This document shows, piece by piece, positions 38,483 to 47,843 of a DNA stretch of 64,000 bases. The notes under the pieces were generated by a model. It worked only from the letters and a program-made list of their open reading frames with translations. It had not been told where the DNA came from and did no database searches. Source of the DNA: a virus (taxonomy: Duplodnaviria > Caudoviricetes); the IMG/VR virus record IMGVR_UViG_3300006169_000009, positions 42,056 to 106,055 of that record. One strand, 5' to 3'. The stretch's first letter is position 1. Every line of letters begins with the position of its first letter. The translations under genes and the position numbers were made by a program.

Positions 38483-39589
38483 TCAGGCGTGGCTCTTGCG
38501 GTACCTGCGAACCGAGGCCTCGCTGGTGCGGTAGCCCAGTTCCTGGATGCGGCGAGCAGCGGGCTTGTGGCCCTCCTCGCTGCGCAGGATGCGGCGTACC
38601 CTCGGGTCGTTGTCCGCGATGTCGAGCAAGGTCACCTTGGCCTGCTCGTAGCCAGCCTCAGCGTCCGAAGGCTGCACGTCCTGGACCCCGTTGTCGGCGT
38701 CGAGCGAGTCCTGGACCTCGTTGAGCGTGGCCAGCGCCTCGCCGTCCTGGCGAGCGTAGACCTCGGCCAGCGCAGCGTCACGGTCGGTGGAGTCGAACGT
38801 GCGGACGCTGTACTTGTCCGAGGTGGCGTGCAGGACCCGGTACCGGCAGGTGCGGAACTTGTCACCGGCTCCGCCCCCGACCACGTCGCGAGGGTTGACC
38901 TCGACCACGAGCAGCAGTTGGGTCGAGCCGGTGTGGAACGTGGAGGCGTACGACCAGGTGCCGACGTGCAGCCCGTAGGAGCAGTCGTTGGTCTTGGACG
39001 AGTCGACCTCGGAGCGAGGGACGGTCACGACCGCACCCAGCGGGTTGGGGATGCGACCCGACTGGGGCTCACCGTCCACGAACACCTGGGTGGTGCCGGT
39101 CGACCAGGACAGGTTCAGCCCGTCGGTGCTGTCGACGCTCTTGTACCCGATGATCTTGCCGTCCCGGGTGAGCGTGACGTCCTCGGACTCGACCCACTCC
39201 CAGAGGCTCTCGCGCACCTCGGGATCGGGGTTGGACGAGAGGTTCTCCAGGAAGTTGACGAGGCTGTCGACGTCAGCGTCCTGGTCGGCCCGGACCAGTT
39301 CGACCACACGGTCGGACAGAGCGGAGCGAACCGGGTCACCGTCGAAGAACAGGCGGCCACCGGAGTAGGAGACGCGCTCGCTCAGCGACTGGAGGTGCAG
39401 GCCGATGGTGGTCTCAGCGTCGAGCAGGCGGGAGACGTAGGCCTCGTCGTGGTCGGCCTCGGGCGTGCGCTCGAAGTAGTCCTGGACCGCCCCGAACTTG
39501 GGGTGGGTCTCGGAGATGGTCGCCTGGACCGAGGACCCGATGACCACGAGTGTGGTGGAGTCGCCGTAGGCGAGGGACTGATACAGCAT
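38483..39589 (-). CDS. rIIB: RIIB-like protein
   Basis: FLENLSSNP...GKIIGYKSV...CSYGLHVGTWSYA...VEVNPRDVV...KFRTCRYRV. Confidence 0.85.
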   Translation of the reverse strand: MLYQSLAYGDSTTLVVIGSSVQATISETHPKFGAVQDYFERTPEADHDEAYVSRLLDAETTIGLHLQSLSERVSYSGGRLFFDGDPVRSALSDRVVELVRADQDADVDSLVNFLENLSSNPDPEVRESLWEWVESEDVTLTRDGKIIGYKSVDSTDGLNLSWSTGTTQVFVDGEPQSGRIPNPLGAVVTVPRSEVDSSKTNDCSYGLHVGTWSYASTFHTGSTQLLLVVEVNPRDVVGGGAGDKFRTCRYRVLHATSDKYSVRTFDSTDRDAALAEVYARQDGEALATLNEVQDSLDADNGVQDVQPSDAEAGYEQAKVTLLDIADNDPRVRRILRSEEGHKPAARRIQELGYRTSEASVRRYRKSHA

Positions 39590-39714
39590 GTGGGTTGAGC
39601 CTTTCGTGTGGTGGATCGGATGGATGGTGCTGTGGTGCGGGGGTGCTCCCGTCTCTGCCAGGGACATCGGGAGCCTTGCGTGCCTGGCCAACCCCTTGAA
39701 CTACCAGGATGAGG

Positions 39715-39748
39715 GGTGGCAAGTCTCGGTGTCAAGAGGCTTGCCACC
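39715..39748. promoter_or_regulatory. Inverted repeat overlapping a TTGACA promoter between rIIA and rIIB
   Basis: ggtggcaagtctc/gaggcttgccacc; minus-strand TTGACA-N18-CATCCT. Confidence 0.55.
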
Positions 39749-39761
39749 TCCCGTTCGTTCT

Positions 39762-41909
39762 TTACTCCTCCTCTCCGCACTCGCAGTCGTCCTCGGTGAC
39801 CTCGCACGTGGGGCACACGGCGATGGGCGAGGTGCTGTTGATGTAGGTCACGGCGTGACCGTGAGCCTTCGGCATGCGCCGGGCGTAGTAGGAGTCAATG
39901 GCCTTCAGCAGTGGCCAGTGCTCCTCGATGTTGACGTACAGCGACTCACCCGAGACCACGTCCTTGGAGACCACGTTCCACCGGCTCAGCGATTCGATCT
40001 CGGCCAGCCGGTCCTCGTAGAGGTCCACGATCTCCTCGGCATCCGCCAGCGCCCGGAAGGGAGCCAGGAACGTCTCGTTGGTGATGTCATCCCAGACCTC
40101 GGCCAACCGGTTGCGCCAGTTACGCAGCGCGTTGTTCTCGTAGTTGCTCATGGTGGCCTTGGCCTTCAGGATCTCCATGTCGTCCTCGGACAGGCTCTGG
40201 GCCTGCGAGGCTGCGTACTCCTGGAGCACCTTGGGACCGTAGACAGCCTCGGGCACCCGCTTCAGCAGCGCGTTCTCCGACTGGGTCGGGTACAGCGTGA
40301 TGACCGTGTAGCCCTTGGTGGCAGCCTTGACCAGCGCGTCGTTGGACAGCCAGCGCCTGTGCTCGGTCCAGCCGTCCTCGAAGTAGAGGATCGGGTCGCC
40401 GTACTCCAGGATCTCGCTCAGCGGGGTACGGTCCTCGACCTCGCGCTCCGCGCCGAAACCCTCGGTGTAGTGGGCCTCCGAGACCCGAGGCTTGCCGTCG
40501 GGGGTCACCCGCAGGCTACGCAGTTGGGCCTTGAACTCGTCCACGGTCCAGGTCTTGACCGGAGCCGTCTTGCCGAACGAGAACCAGTCGACCTTGCCCC
40601 GGCTCTTGCTCGTCTGGAGGACGTACTTGGGGACCTCGGGGTGCTCTTCGAGCATCTTCTTCAGGCCACGCAGAGGCTTCTCCGGCTTCTCCACGCCCGT
40701 GACGACCAGGACCCGGTCGGCGTCGTACGCGTTACCGATGACGAAGTCCTTCTGCGGGTCACCCACGACCATGGTCGCCCGGTTGTAGTAGCGCTTGACC
40801 ATGCCGTACCCGAACAGGTCGGTCTTGACCTCGCCCAGGCTCTTGCCCTGGTAGGTGAGGTCATCGCCCTCGAACCCGAACATCTCCAGCAGCCCGGCCT
40901 GGTCCTTGCGGACGCGGCTGGCCTCGAAGTAGGAGCCAGCGGTGTCGACGGCGATCTGAGCGTTGCGGGTCAGAGTCGCAGCAGCCTTGGTGACAGCCTC
41001 GCGGATCGCCTTCAGCGTGCGGCTGGTGTCGCTCAGCGCCTCACGGCTGGGGGCGATGTTGACCGCACCGATGGGGACCTCGAAGAGGACTCCGACCTTG
41101 CGGCTGTACCCGTTGGAGAGCACGTTGGCGAGCCGGTGGGCATCACCCTGGAGACCGCCAGCGACCTTCTCCATGATGTCCTCGGAGACCGGGTACGCGA
41201 CCGTGCCCATGAGCACCCGGACCCGGTTGTTGGCCGTGGTGTACCACGTGGTGTCGTCCAGCGTGGTGGTCTCGGGGTGCTCGAAAAACGACTCGGGAGC
41301 CTGGCCGTCAACCAGGACGGTACCCGGCTTCCAGGTGGCAAAGAACTTGTAGGCCTCGGAGTGGGTCTCGCGCACGCTCTTGACCGGCAGGTTGACCTCG
41401 ACCCCGTTGGGCTCGTCGGTCAGCCCCTCGCTCAGGACCGTCATCTGGCCCACGTGGTCATCGTTGAGCGCAAACAGAACCTTGGCCTCGAAGCCGTCCT
41501 TGCGCCCGGTGACGATGAACTGGCTGCCCATGGTGAACGCAGCCTTGGAACCGATGCCCAGCGCGCCGACCTGCTCGTCGCTGTCGCGCTTGGTGCTCGC
41601 ACCGTAGGTACCGAAGACCTTGATGATCTCGTCCTTGGTCAGCCCGGTGCCGAAGTCGCGGATGATGAGGTTGCTGCCCCAGTCGCCCGGCAGCGTGACC
41701 TCGATGGGCCGGTGCGTCATGAACGCCTCGATGTGGGAGTCCCACGCGTTGCAGGCGTACTCCCGGATGACCGCGAGGGTCCGGTTGGAGTACTGGTTGC
41801 TCAGCACGGACATGATGTGCCCGATGCCGTCTCCGTCGATGCCCATGGACGTGGCACCGAGGGAGGAGATGTTGCCGGTCGTCTCGACCTGGCCGGTGAT
41901 GTTCTTCAC
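39762..41909 (-). CDS. rIIA: RIIA-like protein (GHKL/HSP90-like ATPase N-terminus)
   Basis: YSNRTLAVIREYACNAWDSH, IRDFGTGL, GASTK, GALGIGSK; adjacent to rIIB. Confidence 0.88.
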   Translation of the reverse strand: MKNITGQVETTGNISSLGATSMGIDGDGIGHIMSVLSNQYSNRTLAVIREYACNAWDSHIEAFMTHRPIEVTLPGDWGSNLIIRDFGTGLTKDEIIKVFGTYGASTKRDSDEQVGALGIGSKAAFTMGSQFIVTGRKDGFEAKVLFALNDDHVGQMTVLSEGLTDEPNGVEVNLPVKSVRETHSEAYKFFATWKPGTVLVDGQAPESFFEHPETTTLDDTTWYTTANNRVRVLMGTVAYPVSEDIMEKVAGGLQGDAHRLANVLSNGYSRKVGVLFEVPIGAVNIAPSREALSDTSRTLKAIREAVTKAAATLTRNAQIAVDTAGSYFEASRVRKDQAGLLEMFGFEGDDLTYQGKSLGEVKTDLFGYGMVKRYYNRATMVVGDPQKDFVIGNAYDADRVLVVTGVEKPEKPLRGLKKMLEEHPEVPKYVLQTSKSRGKVDWFSFGKTAPVKTWTVDEFKAQLRSLRVTPDGKPRVSEAHYTEGFGAEREVEDRTPLSEILEYGDPILYFEDGWTEHRRWLSNDALVKAATKGYTVITLYPTQSENALLKRVPEAVYGPKVLQEYAASQAQSLSEDDMEILKAKATMSNYENNALRNWRNRLAEVWDDITNETFLAPFRALADAEEIVDLYEDRLAEIESLSRWNVVSKDVVSGESLYVNIEEHWPLLKAIDSYYARRMPKAHGHAVTYINSTSPIAVCPTCEVTEDDCECGEEE

Positions 41910-41980
41910 GCGCCCTCCTGAGGCTCTGTGGTGGTGTGACTCTTCGAGTATGGGGCCTAGCGCCGACAAGCGCAACCCCT

Positions 41981-42576
41981 TTACCGATATTGGTTACGTG
42001 CCCTTGCTCGGGCCAGCCAGGTCAAGTTGCGAGCAGCGGCTCGACGCTCCGGGTGAAAATAAGGTGACCCGTCACATGTCCAGCCAGGCTCGGCTCCGCA
42101 CGCAGTACACGCGATCTGGAGAGGAGAGACCGGAGGCGGGTCGGTGACCTTGTGTCTCGCCCAGCCTGCCAGCCCTCGGGCGACCACGATCACGCCCCAC
42201 AGGCCGACGAGCGCGATGATGAAGAGGATCACGATGATCCCGGTGCCTGCGGCTTCCATCACTCACTCTCCAGGTGACAGGTGCAGTAGTCGACGCAGAA
42301 CCTGCGCTGGTTGCGGCAGCCTCGCTTGACCCGGTACTCGTCCCGGATCTCGCGAGCCTCAGCCATCTGCGCGCCTACCCCGTACGTGTAGTGGTGGGCC
42401 GCACGTGCATCCCGTTCCGCCTGGGCCTCACGAGCACCCGCCATGAGAGCGAACACAGCACCGATAGCCAGCATCTCCGGCAGAGGAGAGTCGTACGAGG
42501 CCTGCGCAGGCTGCATCGGCGGCGGACTGCCGGTCATGTACGCCATCGCAGTGTCCTGCGCGTACTGGTTGTTCAT
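41981..42576 (-). CDS. Two small genes (41981-42262 membrane/Zn finger, 42259-42576)
   Basis: Coupled ORFs; CTACGAEPGWTC...HPER motif. Confidence 0.55.
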
Positions 42577-42648
42577 CGTGGCACTCTCCTCGGTTGGGAG
42601 CGAGGAGCGGGGGATGCGTGATCACCCCGCCCCTCACTGATCATGGTG

Positions 42649-43560
42649 TCAGTACTGGGCCTTGAAGTTCGGGTCACCGAAGTGCCCGCTGCGTACCTGC
42701 TTCTCGACCCGCTTGCGCGCCGTGGCGAGCGCCTTGTCGTAGTCATACTCGACGCCCTTGGCCTTCAGCGCTGCCCGGCAGGCCACGATGTTGGCGAGCC
42801 AGGATGCGCCGTCCGGGTGGCTCACGCCGTAGAGGCAGAGCGAGGAGAGGTCGCTGGCGATGGCGTTGGTGACAGCGCGAACGCTCTTGAAGACCTTGAT
42901 CTTCGCCCGCGAGCCGTACTCGGAGTAGCCCTCAACCTCGACCTTGGCCTCGTCGGCAGCCTGACGCTTGGCCTCACGCTCGGCGCGAGCGGCCTGCTGG
43001 TCGCGCTCGACGTCCGAGAAGATCTGCGTGGGCCGCGAGAGCACCTCGACCGGAGCAGACGGGTAGCAGACGGTACAGGCGCGCTCCCCGGCCTTGGCCA
43101 CGATCTCGTCCTCGTCGGCACCGGACAGGTCGGTGACCCAGTAGTACTGGGTGCCCGCGAAGCAGGTCGAGCAGAAGCGGTCCTTGTGGACGTGGCCGTT
43201 GGACTGGGCGACCAGGAAGGCACGGGTCCAGCCACCACGGCGAGCGAACTCGTTGTCGAGCACGCCTGCCTCGCGAAGCCGGTCCTGGAGAGCCGTGCGC
43301 GCAGTGGCCAGGTCATCGATCACGTCATCGGCCCGGCTGCTGCCCTGTGCAGCGCTCCGCCATAGGTTGCGCATGACCTCCTCGTGGTCCTGCTCCCAGC
43401 CCCCGAACCGGTTCTTGGTGTCGCCCACGGTGCGGTGCGCCCGGTCGACTGCCCGGCTGATGGCGTCCTCGGCCTTGGCGATCTCGCCGTTGAGGCGGGC
43501 CAACTCGGTGTCGATCTCGACGGGCGTCTGCTCGGCCAGCGGTGTGGTGGTCTGCGTCAT
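42649..43560 (-). CDS. Conserved phage hypothetical protein with Zn-binding motif
   Basis: HVHKDRFCSTC...ACTVCYPSAP; leaderless promoter TTGCGC-N18-CATACT. Confidence 0.7.
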   Translation of the reverse strand: MTQTTTPLAEQTPVEIDTELARLNGEIAKAEDAISRAVDRAHRTVGDTKNRFGGWEQDHEEVMRNLWRSAAQGSSRADDVIDDLATARTALQDRLREAGVLDNEFARRGGWTRAFLVAQSNGHVHKDRFCSTCFAGTQYYWVTDLSGADEDEIVAKAGERACTVCYPSAPVEVLSRPTQIFSDVERDQQAARAEREAKRQAADEAKVEVEGYSEYGSRAKIKVFKSVRAVTNAIASDLSSLCLYGVSHPDGASWLANIVACRAALKAKGVEYDYDKALATARKRVEKQVRSGHFGDPNFKAQY

Positions 43561-43601
43561 GCCTCCAGTATGAGGCATGGGCACCTGGCCGCGCAAGGGG
43601 T

Positions 43602-44030
43602 TTAGCGGAACTGCTGTCCATTCAGCATGGCGGACCCGGAGTCCATCTGCTGCTGGAGGCCAGCCATGCCGGGTCGCTGCTTAGGCTCGCGAGGCCGAGA
43701 CATCCATGCCCACTGGGCCTGGTTGGCAGCGAACGATCCGACCCTGGTGCGTGACATCTTGTCGATGCCCTGGTAGGCGGACATGCCTCGGTCGGCCCAG
43801 CGGCCAGCAGCCTGCTGGACGGCTCCGGGGGCTCGGTGTGCAGGCGCAGCATCCTGCATCATGTGGCGACCGGCTCCCAGCGCGCTGCGGGCCATGCCGG
43901 TGCCCTCGCTGGCTCCCAGCCCGGCTGCTGCCCGGCCTCCCTGGAACGATGCGGCTCGACCAGCGGTGCCTGCGACACGGGCGATCATCGGCGCGGCCCG
44001 CGCTACTCCAGCGATGATGGCAGGGATCAT
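43602..44030 (-). CDS. Ala/Gly/Arg-rich protein ending LNGQQFR
   Basis: GGAGG RBS; low complexity; C-terminal QF motif. Confidence 0.6.
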   Translation of the reverse strand: MIPAIIAGVARAAPMIARVAGTAGRAASFQGGRAAAGLGASEGTGMARSALGAGRHMMQDAAPAHRAPGAVQQAAGRWADRGMSAYQGIDKMSRTRVGSFAANQAQWAWMSRPREPKQRPGMAGLQQQMDSGSAMLNGQQFR

Positions 44031-44061
44031 GTCACACCTCCAGCCTCCATGGTAGCCGGGA

Positions 44062-46118
44062 TCAGACCTCCAGGTGAGGCCGAGGAAGGTCGGCCACCGG
44101 CTCACGGATGCAGATGCAGACCTCCCGGACAGCCCGGTACTCGGCCTTGCCCGACTCCTCGGCGTTGTGCAGACGCACGTTGTCCTCCGCGATCTGCTGG
44201 ACCGGCTCTCGGTACAGGTCGTACCAGTCCCGCAGCGTGGCGGGCACAGAGCGCTCCTCGCCGCCGTCCAGCACCCGGCGCTGGACGACGAAGTTCACGA
44301 CGGTGGTCTGCTCCATGGCCTCAGCCTACGCTCCTCAGTCCGGGATGACTACGGCTCGCCGGTCGGCGGGCGCGTCTGTTGCGATGTACTTGTGCCACGA
44401 GGCCAGGTTCGCCTTGCTTGCCTTGATCCTGGCCCGCAGCGCGTTGCGCTCGGCGCGGGTGTGCCCACCTCGGGCGAGCAGCGACTCCAGCGCGGCGATC
44501 TCGTCCAGCCTCTTGGCGATCATGTCGCCCGCGCTGTCCATGCTGGTCTCCTCACGCCGGAACGGCGAGAGGTAGGCCGGGCCGGGCCGGTCCGCTGTTG
44601 GCGAGAACCGGCTCCGGGTATAGGCGCGAGCCATCAGACGCCCCGCGCCTTGCGACAGCGCTCGCACGCCTTGTGGCTACGCTGCCCGCTGGGGAGGTCC
44701 GAGGGGCTGAACCGGGCCATGCGGCGGGCATCGCGCCCACACATGGTGCGCGGGTAGGCTGCGCCTCGGTTGAGGTCGTGCCAGACGGTGCTGCCTCCGA
44801 ACGAGCGAGCAACGGTGGGGGTGGTGGTCATCGTCATGGCTCCAGTATGGAGGATGGAAGGGGTCTCGCGCCAGCCCTTTCGCAGAGATGGCGCGAGACT
44901 TTACCTCAGTCCTCGTCCTCCTCCTGGTCGCCCTCGAAGTCGATGAAGGCGTCCAGGTGCAGGGCGGTGATCACTTCCCTGGCCGAGATCCAGGTCTGGC
45001 CACGGAACTCCACGCCCTCGGGCAGGTCGATCCGCTCGTCCAGGATGTCCTCGAAGAGGAAGCCCTCGGGGAACGGATGGGCGCTGGCAGCGATCTCCAG
45101 CGCCTCCTCGGCCACGCTGAGCATGCTCGGCGGCGGGGGCGGGAAGAGGTTGGTGGCGAGGTGGGCGCGAAGCCCGGCAGTGCCGAACTCTGCGAGTCCA
45201 GCGGCAACGGTGTGTCCCATCAGGAGGCCTCCCGGTCCTGTCGGAGATCTTCACGGGTCTGCTTGGCCTGACGCTGCGCCAGCGCCTTGGTCTTGTGCTC
45301 GGAGTCCTCCATGCCGTCCACCAGGACGACCCAGGCTCCTCCGATCTTCTGCACGGACACGCGGTGCGGAGGCACCTCGATGCCGGAACGTAGTCTCACG
45401 GTCAGTCCTCCTGTCGGACGGGTTCGGGGGTGGGGAGGCCGACAGCGGCCACGAGGACCGCCATCAGCACGGCGAAGACGAGCACGGTGATCATCAGACC
45501 TCCCTTGCCAGGACGTCAACGTAACGCAGTTGGTCGACCGCGCCGTTGATGACGTAAGTACGGACGTCCTCACGGATGGCTGCCCTATCCGGGCCGACTC
45601 CGTAATTCTCCTCCCACGCCTGGGGGTCGATGTCGACGGTGAACGAGACCTTGACCTTCATCAGGCCTCACCCCTTCCAGAGGGGACGCGGCGAACGCTC
45701 GCTGCCCTGCGCCGGGCCACGAACGCGGCCTGCGCCGCTTCAATGCGGGCGCGCTTCTGAGCCTGCGTCTCCGGGCCACGGGGGCGGAGCGCCTTGGTCA
45801 CCTGCTGCTGGATCATGCGGTGGTCCTCTCTGTGGTGTCCCACCCATTGTCTCATGGGCAAGGGCTGCGGCGCAACCCCTTTCACAGATTCCTTCGAGCG
45901 CGCCTGATGCTGTTGAGCGTGAGCCCGTGCTTGCCTACAGCCTCGTGCAGACGTCCCTCGACCCAGGAGGTGTCCAGGTCACCAGCCGCCTTGTCGGTGT
46001 TGTGCCGCCAGACCTCCAGCAGCGCCTCCGAGACCAAGGCGCTGGCATCCTTCAGCCTCTCCTCGGCCTGCTCCAGGTCGGCTCGAAGTGCCTGCATCCT
46101 GGCTCCCTCCACGCTCAT
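44062..46118 (-). CDS. Run of small early-type genes (44062-44316, 44335-44634, 44634-44837, 44906-45220, 45220-45399, 45661-45817, 45882-46118)
   Basis: Coupled ORFs with individual promoters or RBS. Confidence 0.5.
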
Positions 46119-46287
46119 CGGAACGCTCCGGGTCGGATGTCGAGCGGCAGCCCGTGCTCGGCGGCGACCTGCTCGGCCACCTCGCGGTGCCGGATCGTGT
46201 CGACCAAGGCGACCCGGCCAGCGCGCACCAGCAGCAGTTCAGTGACCTGACGGTCGCCGTGCCACTGAGCCACGAGACGGGCGGCCA

Positions 46288-46812
46288 TCAGTCGAGCCTG
46301 CTCTGGCTGTAGGCCTTGACCCCGGCCTCACGCAGGACGCCCGCGAAGGCTGCGGCGTGAGCGGACTTTCGCTCGATGGACTGGCGGTGCTCGGAGACCC
46401 AGACCTGGATGCCACCGTTGTAGGCTGCCCTGCCGTGTCCGGCCTTGACCAGCCAGCGAGCGAACGAAGAGTTGCCGGGCCGAACGAGCACCCATGCGAA
46501 CCCGCACGGACCGGCAGGCTCGACCCAGCGCTCGACCACGGGGCTGTTGTCGTCCAGCGGATTGGCGTGGCGCTCGACCACCATCGTGGTCGGGGTGACC
46601 GCCTCGGCAGCCTCCATCCCCGCCTTGTGGGCGCGGGCGAAGAGGTCGGCGTGGGCAGCGGTGCGGCTCTCGCGAGCAGCGTCCTGGCTCGCGATCATGC
46701 GCTTCCAGCGCTCGCGGGCCTCGGCCTTGTGGGTGACGCAGTACTTCGACTTGCCGCTACGCGGCTGCCTGCAGGGAGCCATGTCCCAGGCGCATGTGGT
46801 GGAGTCGGTCAT
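46288..46812 (-). CDS. Conserved phage hypothetical protein (CGFAWV motif)
   Basis: GPCGFAWVLVRP...QSIERKSAHAAAFA; leaderless promoter. Confidence 0.7.
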   Translation of the reverse strand: MTDSTTCAWDMAPCRQPRSGKSKYCVTHKAEARERWKRMIASQDAARESRTAAHADLFARAHKAGMEAAEAVTPTTMVVERHANPLDDNSPVVERWVEPAGPCGFAWVLVRPGNSSFARWLVKAGHGRAAYNGGIQVWVSEHRQSIERKSAHAAAFAGVLREAGVKAYSQSRLD

Positions 46813-46818
46813 GAGACC

Positions 46819-46882
46819 AGTGTGGGGCATGGATCGGATCTGCGCAAGGGGTTTGACAGATTGCCTCGCGATGCCTCACCAT
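46819..46882. promoter_or_regulatory. Divergent leaderless promoters
   Basis: Minus: TTGCGC-N17-CACACT-N6-ATG. Plus: TTGACA-N18-CACCAT-N6-ATG(46889). Confidence 0.7.
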
Positions 46883-46888
46883 GGACTC

Positions 46889-47161
46889 ATGACCACCACA
46901 CCTGTCACCCGCACCGTCGAGATGGTCTTCTCGACCCTCCAGGGACCGCGCTTCAACGAGCACCGACACGACGCGGTCGCTCTCTTCCGGGCCGACCTCG
47001 ACCGAGACGCCATCGTGGAGTCCCAGTCACAGGCCTCGGTCGTGAGCGCGGCCTTCCGCGTTCGCTTCGCCAGCGAGGCCGAGGTCGACAGCCTCGTGGC
47101 CCGCGCTGCCCAGGCCGCAGGCGGCTGGGTCAACTTCGACACCGTGGTCTGGGGGAGGTGA
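46889..47161 (+). CDS. Hypothetical protein
   Basis: ATG six nt after the -10 box; 90 aa. Confidence 0.6.
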   Translation: MTTTPVTRTVEMVFSTLQGPRFNEHRHDAVALFRADLDRDAIVESQSQASVVSAAFRVRFASEAEVDSLVARAAQAAGGWVNFDTVVWGR

Positions 47162-47549
47162 CCCCGGAACGGCTGAGCGAGGACGTCGCCCACGAGAGGA
47201 GAGACCGCCCGGCGTACTCGCTCAGCCGTTCGAACCCGCCTCTGGCTCCCAGCAGGACCCAGCCGTCGTGCCGGAGCAGCGGGACCGCTGCGGTGTCGCA
47301 AGGCAGGATCCAGCCGTCCTGCGCGGCCAGGTCTTCGTGGGCGTGGATCCAGCGGTGGCACTTGACACAGACCAGCACGAGGTTGTACAGCCGGTTGCGC
47401 CCGCCCTGGTCCTGACGGTGCCGGTGGTGGCGGCTGCCGTCTTCGAGCGCCGGACCCAATTGATGGATGATTCGTCCGCATCTCTCGCATTGCCCGTCGG
47501 CCCGAAACCATAGAGCCTTGCGCTGCGAGATCTTGTTGGTGTTACGCAT
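47130..47549 (-). CDS. HNH endonuclease
   Basis: CERCG...HHR...GG.N...NLVLVCVKCHRWIH. Confidence 0.85.
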   Translation of the reverse strand: MRNTNKISQRKALWFRADGQCERCGRIIHQLGPALEDGSRHHRHRQDQGGRNRLYNLVLVCVKCHRWIHAHEDLAAQDGWILPCDTAAVPLLRHDGWVLLGARGGFERLSEYAGRSLLSWATSSLSRSGVTSPRPRCRS

Positions 47550-47550
47550 C

Positions 47551-47671
47551 GATTCGTCCGAGATTCGTCGTGCAGCCGGGGCCGGATTCGTTGAAGATTC
47601 GTCGGCAGATTCGAGCCCGGATTCGTTGAAGATTCGTCGTGCAATCCAGGGCCGGATTCATACAAGATTCG
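47551..47671. repeat. Phased GATTCG iteron-like array
   Basis: Nine copies (one GATTCA) at 47551, 47562, 47585, 47596, 47608, 47620, 47631, 47655 and 47666. Confidence 0.85.
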
Positions 47672-47843
47672 TCCCGTAACCCTGGCAGTGGAGGCAGTCC
47701 GCACCGTCATCGTCCTGCCCGGATCCGTAGCACCGCTTGCAGTCGACTTCACGCCGGACGAACTCACCCTTCTCGGGGGCTCCATCGTCCGAACCGTTGT
47801 GAACGTCGTTCCAGGCCTCTTCGTGGCTGTACGAGTTACTCAC
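47658..47843 (-). CDS. Small DnaJ-type Zn-finger protein
   Basis: CKRCYGSG...CLHCQGYG. Confidence 0.6.
   Translation of the reverse strand: MSNSYSHEEAWNDVHNGSDDGAPEKGEFVRREVDCKRCYGSGQDDDGADCLHCQGYGTNLV

Noticed and set aside
47551-47671. CRISPR array
   Set aside because: Repeats are 6 bp with 5-18 bp gaps, and no cas genes are present
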